Under the pieces are notes generated by a model. The model was not told the DNA's origin. It ran no database searches and worked only from the letters and a program-made list of their open reading frames with translations. 64,000 bases of DNA from Malacoraja senta (Eukaryota): positions 5,582,001 to 5,646,000 of the forward strand of contig CM075995.1 in NCBI GenBank assembly GCA_038087875.1. Direction: 5' to 3'. Shown piece after piece: positions 38,579 to 50,806 of the stretch. Made by a program: the position numbers and the translations under genes. Every line of letters begins with the position of its first letter. The first letter of the stretch is position 1.

Positions 38579-39091
38579 CGACAGAACTGGCCATTTGAAA
38601 ATCCACAATAAAAGCTGTTCATACCCAAGTATATTAACAGTTGTAATGCCAGAAACGCTCGGCATGCAGCAAGCAGATACGAACAGCAATGAACAAATGA
38701 CAAGATAATATCAGGATGTTGAGTATTGTGGCTAGGGAACCAGTGAGAATGACCTGCTTAGTGTGGATGTGGAGAGAATGTTTCCGCTAGTGGGGGAGTC
38801 TAGGACCAGAGGCCACAGCCTCAGAATATAAGGATGTGCCTTGAGAAAGGAGATGAGGAGGAATTTCTTAAGTGAGAGGGTGGCCCAAGTCAATGGGTAT
38901 TTTTAAGGTGGAGATTGACAGATTCTTGATTAGTACGGGTGTCTGGGGTTATGGGGATAAGGCAGTAGAATGGGATTGAGATGGAAAGATAGATCAGCCA
39001 TGATTGAATGGAGGAGTAGACTTGATGGGCCGAATGGCCTAATTCTGCTCCTATAACTTATGAACATGACTTTTCCTCCAGCGAGTACTGG

Positions 39092-40360
39092 GCAGGGCTC
39101 GAAATTAACGGTTGCCCAGGTGCCAATGACCACCCAAAGTGCCGCCGTGCAACCTAAACACCGAGTCATTTTGCCCGGATTGGCACTGCAGATACTGATT
39201 TATACCAAAGATAGACACAAAAAATTGGAGTAACTCAGCGGGTCAGGCAGCATCTCTGGAGAAAAGGAACGTGACGTTTCGTGTCGGCGACGGCTGTATA
39301 GCGGGGCAAAGATATTAGGTGCAGGGTGACGAAGGTACGGAACGAATGACGGGCCCCGAACAGCGGCAGCAGTGGCCGCGACAGCGGCTCCACCGCCTCC
39401 TCCTCCCGCACCCCGTCCGCCCTGATAGCGGCCGCAGCCTGCCACTCTGCCAACGGTGCTTTCAAAACAAACCCTCCCGCACGCCGAGGCCGGGAGGAGG
39501 AGGCCTCCTTCCGCCGTCTGAAGCAGCTATAGGATCTTTGAACTGCACCGCTCGGCCCCGCACCTTGCTGTTGGCTGGCGGAGGAGGTGGCGACGAGATC
39601 CCAACCGCCTCCCCCTTTGGCGGCGGCACTTGGCGGTGGACAGGGACGGCCAAGGCAGCGAGGCGATTTTGTCCGAGGAGCCCTGACCTTCCTTCCTCCC
39701 CACCTCCCCTCTCTCTCTTGTACGCCCCCTCCACCCCCCCTTATCCTGAGACCCTTCCTCTCCATCCCGCACTGATCCCCATTCCCGCCTCTATTCAGCC
39801 CTCACTGACATCCCCTGTGCTCCACCTGCCTCAATCCATCCATTCCGCACCGATTGCCTTCTCAATCACCCCCACCCCTCCCCCACCCCCGCCATCTATC
39901 CATCCCGCACTGATTCACACACACACCCTCCCTGACTCTATTGTGCTGGAAATGTCTTCAGAGCGAACATTGACTGTGTTTGATAACGGAATGCAATCAA
40001 ATATGTTTTAATTCCCAATGTTATTATTTGTTTTAGTCCATAAAGATGGATTAATTAAATTGTGAACACGTGAAACATTAAAACCGCAGTGTTCGATTGT
40101 CACTGCTACCATTGACACGTTATTACAGAATTCATTTTAACGGCAAATCAATGCTCTTAATATGGAGTATCAGTACTGTAGTTATTTAATGAGCAACATT
40201 CACAACTATATGTTAGATTTATGCAGGTTTTACTTCTACAGTCAGTCATATACATCACAAATTTGGTCAGGAGATATTTCAGTTGAATTTTAATGTTAAT
40301 TCTGAAGTGGGAATGATGGAAACAGTGTTTATCAATATATATTTTTTAATCTGGTGCTTC
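39092..40360 (+). mobile_element. Probable truncated hAT-like element with GC-rich body; nested Penelope unit near 39200-39280
   Basis: Begins cagggctcgaaattaacgg. No right TIR found. The GC-rich ORFs here are low-complexity. Confidence 0.4.
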
Positions 40361-40365
40361 CATTA

Positions 40366-43300
40366 GGTAGAAAAAGGGAAGAGGTCCTGAAAGGAGAATT
40401 TAGGGAGTTAGGAAGAGAGTTAAGGAAAAGGACCGCAAAGGTAACAATCTCAGGATTACTGCCTGTGCCACGCGACAGTGAGAGTAGGAATGGAGCGAGG
40501 TGGAGGATAAATGCGCGGCTGAAGGACTGGTGCAGTGGGCAGGGATTCAAGTTTCTGGATCATTGAAACCTCTTTTGGGGAAGGTGTGACCTGTACAAAA
40601 AGGACGGGTTGCACTTGAACCCGAGGGGGACCAATATCCTGGCGGGGAGATTTGCAAAGGCTACTGGGGAGACTTTAAACTAGAACGGTTGGGGGGAGGG
40701 ACTCAAATAGAGAAAACTAGTACACAGTGTGTGAGGCAGGAGGCAGAGAAGGGAAGCACTCAGCCCCAACATGTAGGGGGGAAAGAAGAAAAAGATAATA
40801 AACAGAGAATAAGAGGTACACAAAAATGCTGGAGAAACTCAGCGGGTGCAGCAGCATCTATGGAGCGAAGGAAATAGGCAACGTTTCGGGCCGAAACCCT
40901 TCTTCAGACTGATAGGGGATGGGGAGAAGAAAGGAAAAAAGGCGGAGGAGCCCGAGGGCTGGGGAAGGGGAGGAGGCAACCAGAGGGCTGATGAAGGGGA
41001 GGGGACAGCAAGGGCTAGCAGAATTGGGAGAATTCAATGTTCAAGCCCCCAGGATGTAGACTGTCCAAGCGGAATATGAGGTGCATTTCCTCCAATTTCC
41101 GGTGTTGCTCGCTGTGGCCATGGAGGAGACCCAGGACACAGAGGTCAGATACGGAATGGGAGGGGGAGTTGAAGTGCTGAGCCACCGGGAGGTCAGGTTG
41201 GTTATTGCGGACCGACCGGAGGTGTTCAGCGAAACGATCACCAAGCCTCCGTTTGGTCTCACCGATGTAGATCAGCTCGCATCTAGAGCAGCGGATGGAA
41301 TAGATGAGGTTGGAGGAGATGCAGGTGAACCTCTGTCGCACCTGGAACGACTGCTTAGGTCCTTGAATGGAGTCGAGGATGAAGGTGAAGGGACAAGTGT
41401 TGCATCTCTTGCGGTTGCAAGGGAAAGTACCCGGGGAGGGGGTGGTACGGGAGGGAAGGGAAGAATTGACAAGGGAGTTACGGAGGGAGCGGAAGGCAGA
41501 CATGGGGGGAGATGGGAAGATGTGGCGAGTGGTGGGGTCACGTTGGAGGTGGCGAAACTGACGGAGGATCACTTGTGTATGTGACGGCTGGTGGGGTGAA
41601 AGGTGAGGACTAGGGGGACTCTGCCCTTGTTGTGAGTGGGGGGATGGGGAGAGAGAGCAGTGTTGCGGGGTATGGCAGAGACCCTGGTGCGAGCTTCATC
41701 TATGGTGGAGGAGGGGAACCCCCGTTCCCTGAAAAATGACGACATTTCGGATGCCCTGGTGTGGAACGCCTCATCCTGGGAGCAGATGCGGCGTAGACGG
41801 AGGAATTGGGAGGATGGAGTCCTTACAGGAAGCAGGGTGGGAAGAAGTGTAGTCCAGATAGCCATGGGAGTCGGTAGGTTTGTAGTGGATGTCGGTAAGA
41901 AGTCTATCACCTGCGATGGAGATAGTGAGGTCAAGGAATGGTAGGGAAGTGTCGGAAATGGTCCAGGTGTATTTGAGTGCCGGATGGAAGTTGGTGGTGA
42001 AGCGGATGAAGTCAGACAGTTGTGTGTGGGTGCAGGATGTGGCACCAAAACAGAATAAGAGGTGGTGGGTTTCTTAAATGTGTGAGCAGAGAGACAGAGG
42101 GGTGTAAAATGAGGGTAGAAGCAATAGGTAGCAAGGTGAATAGTAAAAGTGGTAGGCAGACAAATCCAGGGCAAAAATCAAAAAGGGCCATTTTTTAACA
42201 TAATTGTATAAGGGGTAAGAGTGTTGTAAAAACAAGCCTGAAGGCTTTGTGTCTCAATGCAAGGAGCATTCGTAATAAGGTGGATGAGTTGAATGTGCAG
42301 ATAGCTATTAATGACTATGATATAGTTGGGATCACGGAGACATGGCTCCAGGGTGACCAAGGCTGGGAGCCGAACATCCAGGGATATTCAATATTCAGGA
42401 GGGATAGACCGAAAGGAAAAGGAGGTGGGGTAGCGTTGCTGGTTAGAGAGGAGGTTAACGCAATAGAAAGGAAGGATATTAGCTTGGAGGATGTGGAATC
42501 GATATGGGTAGAGCTACGAAACACTAAGGGGCAGAAAACGCTAGTGGGAGTTGAGTACATGCCACCTAGCAGTAGTATTGCAGTTGGGGATGGCATCAAA
42601 CAGGAAATTAGAAATGCGTGCAACAAAGGTAAAACAGTTATAATGGGTGACCAATCTACATATTGATTGGGTGAATCAAATTGGCAGGGGTGCTGAGGAA
42701 GAGGATTTCTTGTAATGTATGCGGGATAGTTTTCTAAATCAACATGTAGAGGAACCAACGAGAGAGCAGGCTATTCTAGACTGGGTATTGAGTAATGAGG
42801 AAGGGTTAGTTAGCAGTCTTGTTGTGCGTGGCCCCTTGGTCAAGAGTGACCATAATATGGTAACTTTGAGGGTATGAGACGTGAATTGGCCAAGATAGAC
42901 TGGCAATTGATTCTTAAAGGGTTGACGGTGGATATGCAATGGAAGGCATTTAAAGGCTGCATGGATGAACTACAACAATTGTTCATCCCAGTTTGGCAAA
43001 AGAATAAATCAGGGAAGGTAGTGCATCCGTGGAAAACAAGGGAAATCAGGGATAGTATCAAAACAAAAGATGAAGCATACAAATTAGCCAGAAAAAGCAG
43101 CCTACCAGAGGACTGGGAGAAATTCAGAGTCCAGCAGAGGAGGACAAAGGGCTTAATTAGGAAAGGGAAAATAGATTATGAAAGAAAACTGGCAGGGAAC
43201 ATAAAAAATGTAGGTCCCTTGCAGTCAGAAACAGGTGAATTGATCATGGGGAACAAGGACATGGCAGACCAATTGAATAACTACTTTGGTTCTGTCTTCA

Positions 43301-44865
43301 CTAAGGAAGACATAAATAATCTGCCGGAAATAGCAGGGGACCAGGGATCAAATGAGATGGAGGAACTGAGTGAAATCCAGGTTAGCCGGGAAGTGATGTT
43401 AGGTAAATTGAATGGATTAAAGGCCGATAAATCCCCAGGGCCAGATAGGCTGCATCCCAGAGTACTTAAGGAAGTAGCCCCAGAAATAGTGGATGCATTA
43501 GTGATAATTTTTCAAAAGTCTTTAGATTCTGGAGTAGTTCCTGAGGATTGGAGGGTAGCTAATGTAACCCCACTTTTAAAAAAAGGGAGGGAGAGAGAAA
43601 ACAGGGAATTACAGACCAGTTTGTCTAACATCGGTAGTGGGGAAACTGCTAGAGTCAGTTATTAAAGATGGGATAGCAGCACATTTGGAAAATGGTGAAA
43701 TCATTGGACAAAGTCAGCATGGATTTATGAAAGGTAACTCATGTCTGACGAATCTTATAGAATGTTTCGAGGATGTAACTAGTAGAGTGGATAAGGGAGA
43801 ACCAGTGGATGTGTTATATCTGGACTTTCAGAAGGCTTTCGACAAGGTCCCACATAAGAGATTAATATACAAACTTAAAGCATACGGTGTTGGGGGTTCA
43901 GTATTGATGTGGATAGAGAACTGGCTGGCAGACAGGAAGCAAAGAGTAGGAGTAAACGGGTCCTTTTCAGAATGTCAGGCAGTGACTAGTGGAGTACCGC
44001 AAGGCTCAGTGCTGGGACCCCAGTTATTTACAATATATATTAATGAACTGGATGAGGGAATTGAATGCAACATCTCCAAGTTTGCGGATGACACGAAGCT
44101 GGGGGGCAGTGTTAGCTGTGAGGAGGATGCTAGGAGGCTGCAAGGTGACTTGGATAGGCTGGGTGAGTGGGCAAATGCATGGCAGATGCAGTACAATGTG
44201 GATAAATGTGAGGTTATCCACTTTGGTGGCAAAAACAGGAACGTAGACTATTACCTGAATGGTGGCCGATTAGGAAAAGGGGAGATGCAACGAGACCTGG
44301 GTGTCATGGTACACCAGTCATTGAAAGTAGGCATGCAGGTGCAGCAGGCAGTGAAGAAAGCGAATGGTATGTTAGCATTCATAGCAAAAGGATTTGAGTA
44401 TAGGAGCAGGGATGTTCTACTGCAGTTGTACAGGGTCTTGGTGAGACCACACCTGGAGTATTGCGTACAGTTTTTGTCTCCAAATCTGAGGAAGGACATT
44501 CTTGCCATAGAGGGAGTACAGAGAAGGTTCACCAGACTGATTCCTGGGTTGTCAGGACTTCCATATGAAGAAAGACTGGATAGACTCGGCTTGTACTCGC
44601 TAGAATTTAGAAGATTGAGAGGGGATCTTATAGAAACGTACAAAATTCTTAAGGGGTTGGACAGGCTAGATGCAGGAAGATTGTTCCCGATGTTGGGGAA
44701 GTCCAGAACAAGGGGTCACAGTTTAAGGATAAAGGGGAAATCTTTTAGGACTGAGATGAGAAAAACATTTTTTACACAGAGAGTGGTGAATGTCTGGAAT
44801 TCTCTGCCACAGAATGTAGTTGAGGCCAGTTCATTGGCTATATTTAAGAGGGAGTTAGATGTGGC
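40366..44865 (+). mobile_element. CR1 LINE (family A): ORF1 esterase C-terminus plus EN-RT ORF2, with frameshifts and deletions
   Basis: ORFs 40354..40566, 42247..42666 (CLNARSIRNK, GITETWL), 42874..43665 and 43637..44914 (FADD). Confidence 0.96.
40818..42051 (-). mobile_element. Penelope-like element (RT end and GIY-YIG) nested in the CR1 inter-ORF region
   Basis: 12-bp TSD agaataagaggt at 40806-40817 and 42052-42063. SQFLRLRRICS and LIYSIRCSRCELIYIGETKRRLGDRFAEH; hammerhead motif at 40879-40907. Confidence 0.95.
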
Positions 44866-46847
44866 ACTGCACTGGAGTGTCATCCTGCATCTAAAATTCC
44901 ATATTGCTGCTTGAACTCACAAGCTCGTTCACCTATCGAACTAAACTCAAGAATTTAAGGTGGGTCAAATTATCTGTAACCTCTGACTTTGTTTCACCTA
45001 AGTTTATAGTCACAACCTTTTTCCCCTGGGTGGAAATATCAAAGACTAGAGGGATTGCTTTACGGTGAGGGTTGAAGGTTGAGGGAAGATCTGATAGAAC
45101 TATATAAAATCATGGGAGGCATAGATAGCGTAGAGTCAGAATCTTTTTCCCCCAGGGTGGAAATGTCAAGGTCTAAAGGGCATAGCTTTGAGATGAGAGG
45201 GCAAAGTTAAAGGAGATGTGTGCAGCAGATTCTTTTCTAAACAAAGAGGGGGGTGGGGGCCTGGAATGCATTGCCTGGTGGTGGAGGCAAATACGATAGT
45301 GGCGTTTAAGAGACTTTTAGATAGTCACATGGATTTGCAGGGAATGGAGGGATATGGATTATATACTTATATATATATAAGGATTGGTCTTTGCATCATA
45401 TTCAGCGCAGACCTTGTGGGCCGATGGGCCTTCCCTGTGCTGTAATGTTCTATGTTCTATATTTAAACATGTTATGTGTATCACATGAATTATACTGAAT
45501 GTTATGTTACAGTGTTATATACTTAATTTGCTTTGAACTGTTAGTAAGAGATTTAGCAATATTTAAAAACCTGTCATCACTCATGCATTTTATTCATTTC
45601 ACATCCGAATCAATGCATCGGAATAAATGCAAAATTCACTAGACCAGGTGTACAAATTGAAAGCATAGTAATTTTACAAAACATTTTCCAAATTAACCTA
45701 TCGGCCCTTGACTTGACCAACTTATCTTCTAATGTTTCAAATCTATGTATACATTTCAAATCAATGTATACCTATATCTGTATATCTATCAGATAGCCCA
45801 TTTGGACAATTTTCCCGATGACACATACCCCACCTATCAGATGCTGGGAGTTACAATAAACAATGACAACTTAATAATTAACTCCCTGGAGCACAACAGA
45901 AATGAAAATATTTGTCATTCCAATGCCTCAGAAGGTCGACCTGGAAGAGTTTGGTGCTCATCCTTGGGTAGAGAGAAGGAATTCCACATGTTTACAACCG
46001 TTAGGAGTGCCAAGTCAAGGGTTCACTTTCTCCTTTAGCTCTCCACCGACTCCTGCGCAATGCCACTCTTCATTTATTCTTGTTAACCTGAAAAATCTAC
46101 AATTAGTCCCAACTCCCAGTCCCCCCTGGCCATGTGCCAATTCTGGATAAATTCCATTCTCCCATTTGCTCCCTACAGTCCTGCATAAAACAAAACTATT
46201 CCAACTGCCCCGGCCTTTCTTCTAGTTCACTTCAGTTCAGTTTATTTTATTTTCACGTGTACCGAGGTACAGCGAAAAAGCTTTTTGTTGCGTGCGAACC
46301 AGTCAGCAGAAACTGCACTGTGGACGGCTCGATTGTAATCATGTATTGTCTTCCTGCTGACTGGTTAGCACGCAACAATAGCTTTTCACTGTACCTCGGT
46401 ACACGTGACAATAAACTAAACTCAAACTCAAGTGTGAAAATTTGACTTGCACACCCGCCCCCCTGAAGCTGATCATCTGAAATAGGCGATGCAGGTATCC
46501 AATAGTGGGAGAGAATCTCGTGTTCAAATCTATTCCCTGCTGTCAGTGGTCATTTGTTAAAGTAATAACAGTATGAATGTTAAACCAATATATTTCACTG
46601 CATCTGTTCTTTTAAACAGTATTGATGCCACTAAGTTCCTTCTTTGAAATCTGGAAACGGTGCAGAGAAAATTTACGAGGATGTTGCCAGGGCTCGAGGG
46701 CCTGAGCTATACGTTGAGGTTGAGCAGGCAGAGGTTGAGCAGAGGTTTGGACAAGATGGGCTGAAGGGCCTGTTTCCATGCTGTATGACTCAATGACTCT
46801 TTACACAATATTTTGACTTAATCATTTTAGCTATAAGACGGTAACTT

Positions 46848-47191
46848 TTTTTTTTGTTGAAAATATTTTTTATTGGAGATAAGTACACAACCTATTAACA
46901 TCATTACAGTCTTACATTTTTGAATTGATAATATTGTCAATTATTATTACATTGTCTCCAATACCTTTTCCCTTTTTTTTGTTTTTTTTAAACTAGATAG
47001 AACTAAAAAGAGATGAAGTAAAGAAAGAAAAGAGAGAGAAGAAAAGAGAGAGAAAGAAAAAAAAAGAAGAAAAAAAAACCAAAAACAAAAAAACAAAAAA
47101 CAAAACAGAAAAGAAAAAGATAGTTAAAGAAGAATGGAAAAATTAATTAAACTAAAAAACTTCATTCGAGATATATTCGTACATTTCAGAG
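46848..47191 (-). mobile_element. Poly(A)-tailed retroposon fragment (L1/Tx1-like 3' UTR) next to the ELMO1 splice donor
   Basis: 14-bp TSD taagacggtaactt at 46834-46847 and 47192-47205. T-run at 46846-46855; AATAAA on the minus strand near 46869-46874. Confidence 0.8.
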
Positions 47192-47207
47192 TAAGACGGT
47201 AACTTAC

Positions 47208-47316
47208 GTAGTTCTCCCACTTTGAGGATTTCACACAGCATCCTGGTGAGTTCAATGCTGCTTCGACCAAATGGACACTCATGCTTATCTTCTCGACTGC
47301 TGTTCTCCAGTACGAT
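47208..47316 (-). CDS. ELMO1: ELMO1 internal coding exon (109 nt), [36 protein letters not shown](P); about exon 15 in human numbering
   Basis: Minus strand reads tttctgacag|ATCGTACTGGAG...GGAGAACTAC|gtaagt. The translation matches recalled vertebrate ELMO1 (GRSSIEL and ILKVGEL rather than ELMO2 GRSAIEL and ILQVGEL). Starts phase 0, ends phase 1. Not in the ORF track. Confidence 0.96.
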
Positions 47317-47505
47317 CTGTCAGAAATCACAGCACAGGAAAAATTACACAACCGTCTTCTAAATTGCCAGGTCACAGAATGGTAAGCAAAGGGTCTGAAT
47401 GAGTCGGTAAACATAAGTACATAAGGTAAGTTCATAAGACATAGGAGCAGATTTGAGCCACTTGACCCATCGAGTTTGCGCCGCCATTCGATCATGGCTA
47501 ATCAT

Positions 47506-47797
47506 GGGCGGCACAGCGGTGAAGTTGCTGCCTTGCAGCGCCAGAGAACCGGGTGTGATCCTGACTACTGGTGCTGTCTGTATGGAATTTGTACGCTCTC
47601 CCCGTGACCCGCGTGGGTTTTCTCCAGTTTCCTCCCACGCTCCAAAGGTTTGTCGGCTAATTGGCTTTGTAAAATTGTAAATTGTCCCCAGTGTGTGTAG
47701 GATAGTGTCAGTGTGCGGGGATCCCGCTGGTCGGCATGGACTCGGTGGGCCGAAGGGCCTGTTTCCATGGTGTATCTCTAAACTAAACTAAACTAAA
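47506..47797 (+). mobile_element. HE1-like V-SINE nested in a CR1 tail
   Basis: tRNA-like head, V-domain and (taaac)n tail. Confidence 0.88.
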
Positions 47798-47911
47798 ACC
47801 AACCTATTTTTCCCTCTCAACCCCATTCTGGTCATGGAGCTGCGTCACCTGAACTGCAGGGACCACTCACGTATATTGCTTGTATTTTAAAACTTATGGT
47901 TTCCAGATTCA

Positions 47912-48317
47912 ATAGACAATAGGTGCAGGAGTGGGCCATTCAGCACTTCGAGCCATCACCGCCATTCAATGTGATCATTGCTGATCATCCACAATAAGTA
48001 CCCCGTTCCTGCCTTCTCCCCATATCCCCTGATGTCTTTAAGAGCCCTATCTAGCTCTCTCTTGAAAGTATCCAGAGAATCACATCCACCACCCTCTGAG
48101 GCAGAGAATTCCACAGACTCACTACTCTCTGTGTGAAAAAGTGTTTCCTCGTCTCCGTTCTAAATGGCTTACTCCTTATTCTTAAACTGTGGCCCCTGGT
48201 TCTGGACTCCCCCAACATCGGGAACGTGTTATCTGCCTCTAGCGCATCCAAACCCTTAATAATCTTATTTGTTTCAATAAGATTCCCTCTCATCCTTCTA
48301 AACTCCAGAGTGTACAA
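47912..48317 (-). mobile_element. CR1 3' fragment
   Basis: ORF 48051..48347, LYTLEFRRMRGNLIET...FPMLGESRTRGHSL. Confidence 0.88.
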
Positions 48318-49421
48318 GCTGGAATTCATTGGATTTGCTGGGTACATGCATGTTAGATTAGTGTAGTAGCCCGGAGTCTAACAATCAGCAGCCTGTATTA
48401 TTGCTTTGAAGGTGAGCTTGAATCCCACCACAACAATGGGGGACATTTAATGTCATGTAGCTAAAGAAACCTGGAATTAAAATGCTAGTCTCAGTAAAAG
48501 TGGACACAAAATTATCACATTGATGGAAAAGCCTATCAAGTTCAATGGTCTTCAAGGAATTCTGCTGCCATTTCCCAGCCTGGCCCACATATGACCCCAA
48601 TCTAACAGTAATACAGTTTAATGTCACCTGCCCGCTGAAATGGTTAAGAACATTTATCGGTTCAGTGTGAATTTAGAATGGACAATAATTGCTGGCTCAC
48701 TTTTTCCCCAAAAATGAAAAAAATAAGATGGATAATGAAAGCACACATTCTGCAAAGAACAAAACAACAAGATGATGCCCGTCCTGCTGAGTTACTCCAG
48801 CATTTCGTGTCTACCTTCGATTTAAACCAGCATCTGCCGTTCTTTCCTACACAAAACAACAACAGAAATGTCCAAAGCTGCTTCACAGTAGCAATGCGCT
48901 TCAAGAGAAATCCACAAAATGGGAGGATAATCAGAGACAATATTTGAACTGCACCCAATGGAATAACGGGGAGGGAGAAGGAAGGAACTACAGATGCTGG
49001 TTTACACCGAAGATAGGCACAAAATGCTGGAGTAACTCAGCAGGTCAGGCAACATCTCTGGAGAAAAGGAATAGGTAACGTTTTGGGTTGGAACCCTTCT
49101 GCAGACAAGGGAGGGAGTTATAGAGTTTTAAAAAAAGCAATGGAAACAGGTAGAGGACAACAATGGTGGACTTTACTGAAAGCCTTGCCAAAAACGCACG
49201 GGGATAAACACTGAACTTGAGATGGCATGAATTAGTTCGAGTTTGCAAATTTATGGAGGGTAGAACAAAGGATGCTGAATAGTGCAGGATTAGAACAGTC
49301 AAGAGGTGGCGAGGCTTGGATGAGGCTGCTGAAGTGGTGGGACCGAGTGAAGCAGGCAGAGAGCAGTGATGCAGCAGAGAGACAGAGTCTGACCCTCAGC
49401 TCAGGACAAATACAACACCAA

Positions 49422-49586
49422 AGGTAGACAAAAGTGCTGGAGAAACTCAGCGGAAACTCAGTCTGAAGAAGGGTTTCGGCCCGAAACGTTGCCTATTTCC
49501 TTCGCTCCATAGATGCTGCTGCACCCGCTGAGTTTCTCCAGCATTTTTGTCTACCTTCGATTTTCCAGCATCTGCAGTTCCTTCTT
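49422..49586 (+). mobile_element. Short Penelope-derived unit with hammerhead motif and inverted 5' segment
   Basis: 14-bp TSD aaatacaacaccaa at 49408-49421 and 49587-49600. ctgaagaagggtttcggcccgaaacgttg at 49463. Confidence 0.88.
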
Positions 49587-50806
49587 AAATACAACACCAA
49601 GGTTGTGAAGTACGGAATCAAGGGACATGGGGGAAAAAGCAAGAAAGTACTGATTTTGGATGATCAGCCATGACCCTATTGAATGGTGATGCTGGCCTAA
49701 TCCTGCACCTATTTTCTATGTTTCTACCAATTTCCATTTCAGATCGTTGTCAGGGAAAAGGTTTGGGGGAAGATCCCGAGGAAAAACCTTGCTGTAAGGA
49801 TAGAAAACCATAGCCATTGTGTTGATGCGAGAAAACCTGTGATCCTCCAAGAACGAGATGTGACACTTAATCGCTAGATTTACCAATAAAGGGTCAAAAG
49901 AGTGACGTGACTGAGCTCGGTGCAGCCAGTATAAATGTGAGAACTGACATTGATTTTCAGATGGAAAGACACAAAATGCTGGATTAACTCAGCGGGTCTG
50001 GCAGCATCCTGGGAGAAGATGGAGTGGAGACATTTCAGATCAGAACCCTTCTTCAGACTGATCAGTCTGAAGAAGGCCCCCCGACCTGATACATCGCCTA
50101 TCCATGCTCTCCAGGGATTCTGCCTGACCCACTGAGTTACTCCAGCACTTTGTGTCTCTCCTTGCGAAACCAACATCTGCAGTTCCTTGTTCCTACATTA
50201 ATTTTAAGACGGCTGATGGTCAGTTTGTGAGGGGAGGAGAGGGTGTGGCAATGGCAGGTGAGGGGCAGGGCAATTTATTGAACCTTGGAAGCCACTGGAG
50301 ATAATGGTGTGAGGATGGGAAGAGAGACAGTAACAGACCTGGGCAATAGCGGTCCCGTCACATTTAACAGTGAAGACAGGTGGGAAATAGTGGTGCGGGC
50401 AAACAGATGGTGAAGGTGGAAAAGAACAGATTATATTTGCACAGGATGTTAACAAATAACTCTTGATAAGAGGCATGTTTGCACTATGATAAGGCCAGGC
50501 ACCAGAATGGGGAGGGGATTTAAGCAAACACTGAACAATACAAGCTTGATTTTGGGTGGCTGTCGCTGCCAGCTCTGATCTGTTCCCTTTCCCCTGACTC
50601 TCAGTCTGAAGGAGGGTCTCGACCCGAAATGTCACCTATTACTTTTCTCCAGAGATGCTGTCTGGCCCACTGAGTTACTTCAGCATTGTGTGTCCATCTT
50701 TGGTGTAAACCAGCATCTACAGTTCCTTCCACCACATGATTTTGGGTGGCTGCACAACAGGCAACTTGATAAAGATCCCAACACAGAGTGTCTTTTACGA
50801 AGGAAT

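Larger units (their letters stand above)
19957..47207 (-). other. ELMO1: ELMO1 intron (27,251 nt, GT-AG, phase 1)
   Basis: Bounded by the two exons above with canonical splice dinucleotides and compatible phase. The neighbouring exons (NHVNPAMDF... and VMQVV...) were not found in the window. Confidence 0.9.

Noticed and set aside
39200..40011. Overlapping GC-rich ORFs up to 230 aa; possible CpG-island promoter
   Set aside because: Low-complexity Pro/Gly/Arg translations with no recognisable domain, lying behind a transposon-like terminus.
42850..42870. Deletion in the CR1 that removes a GT...AG segment, as if spliced
   Set aside because: No polypyrimidine tract. The ggt microhomology explains it, as aaaa does for the second deletion near 43205.
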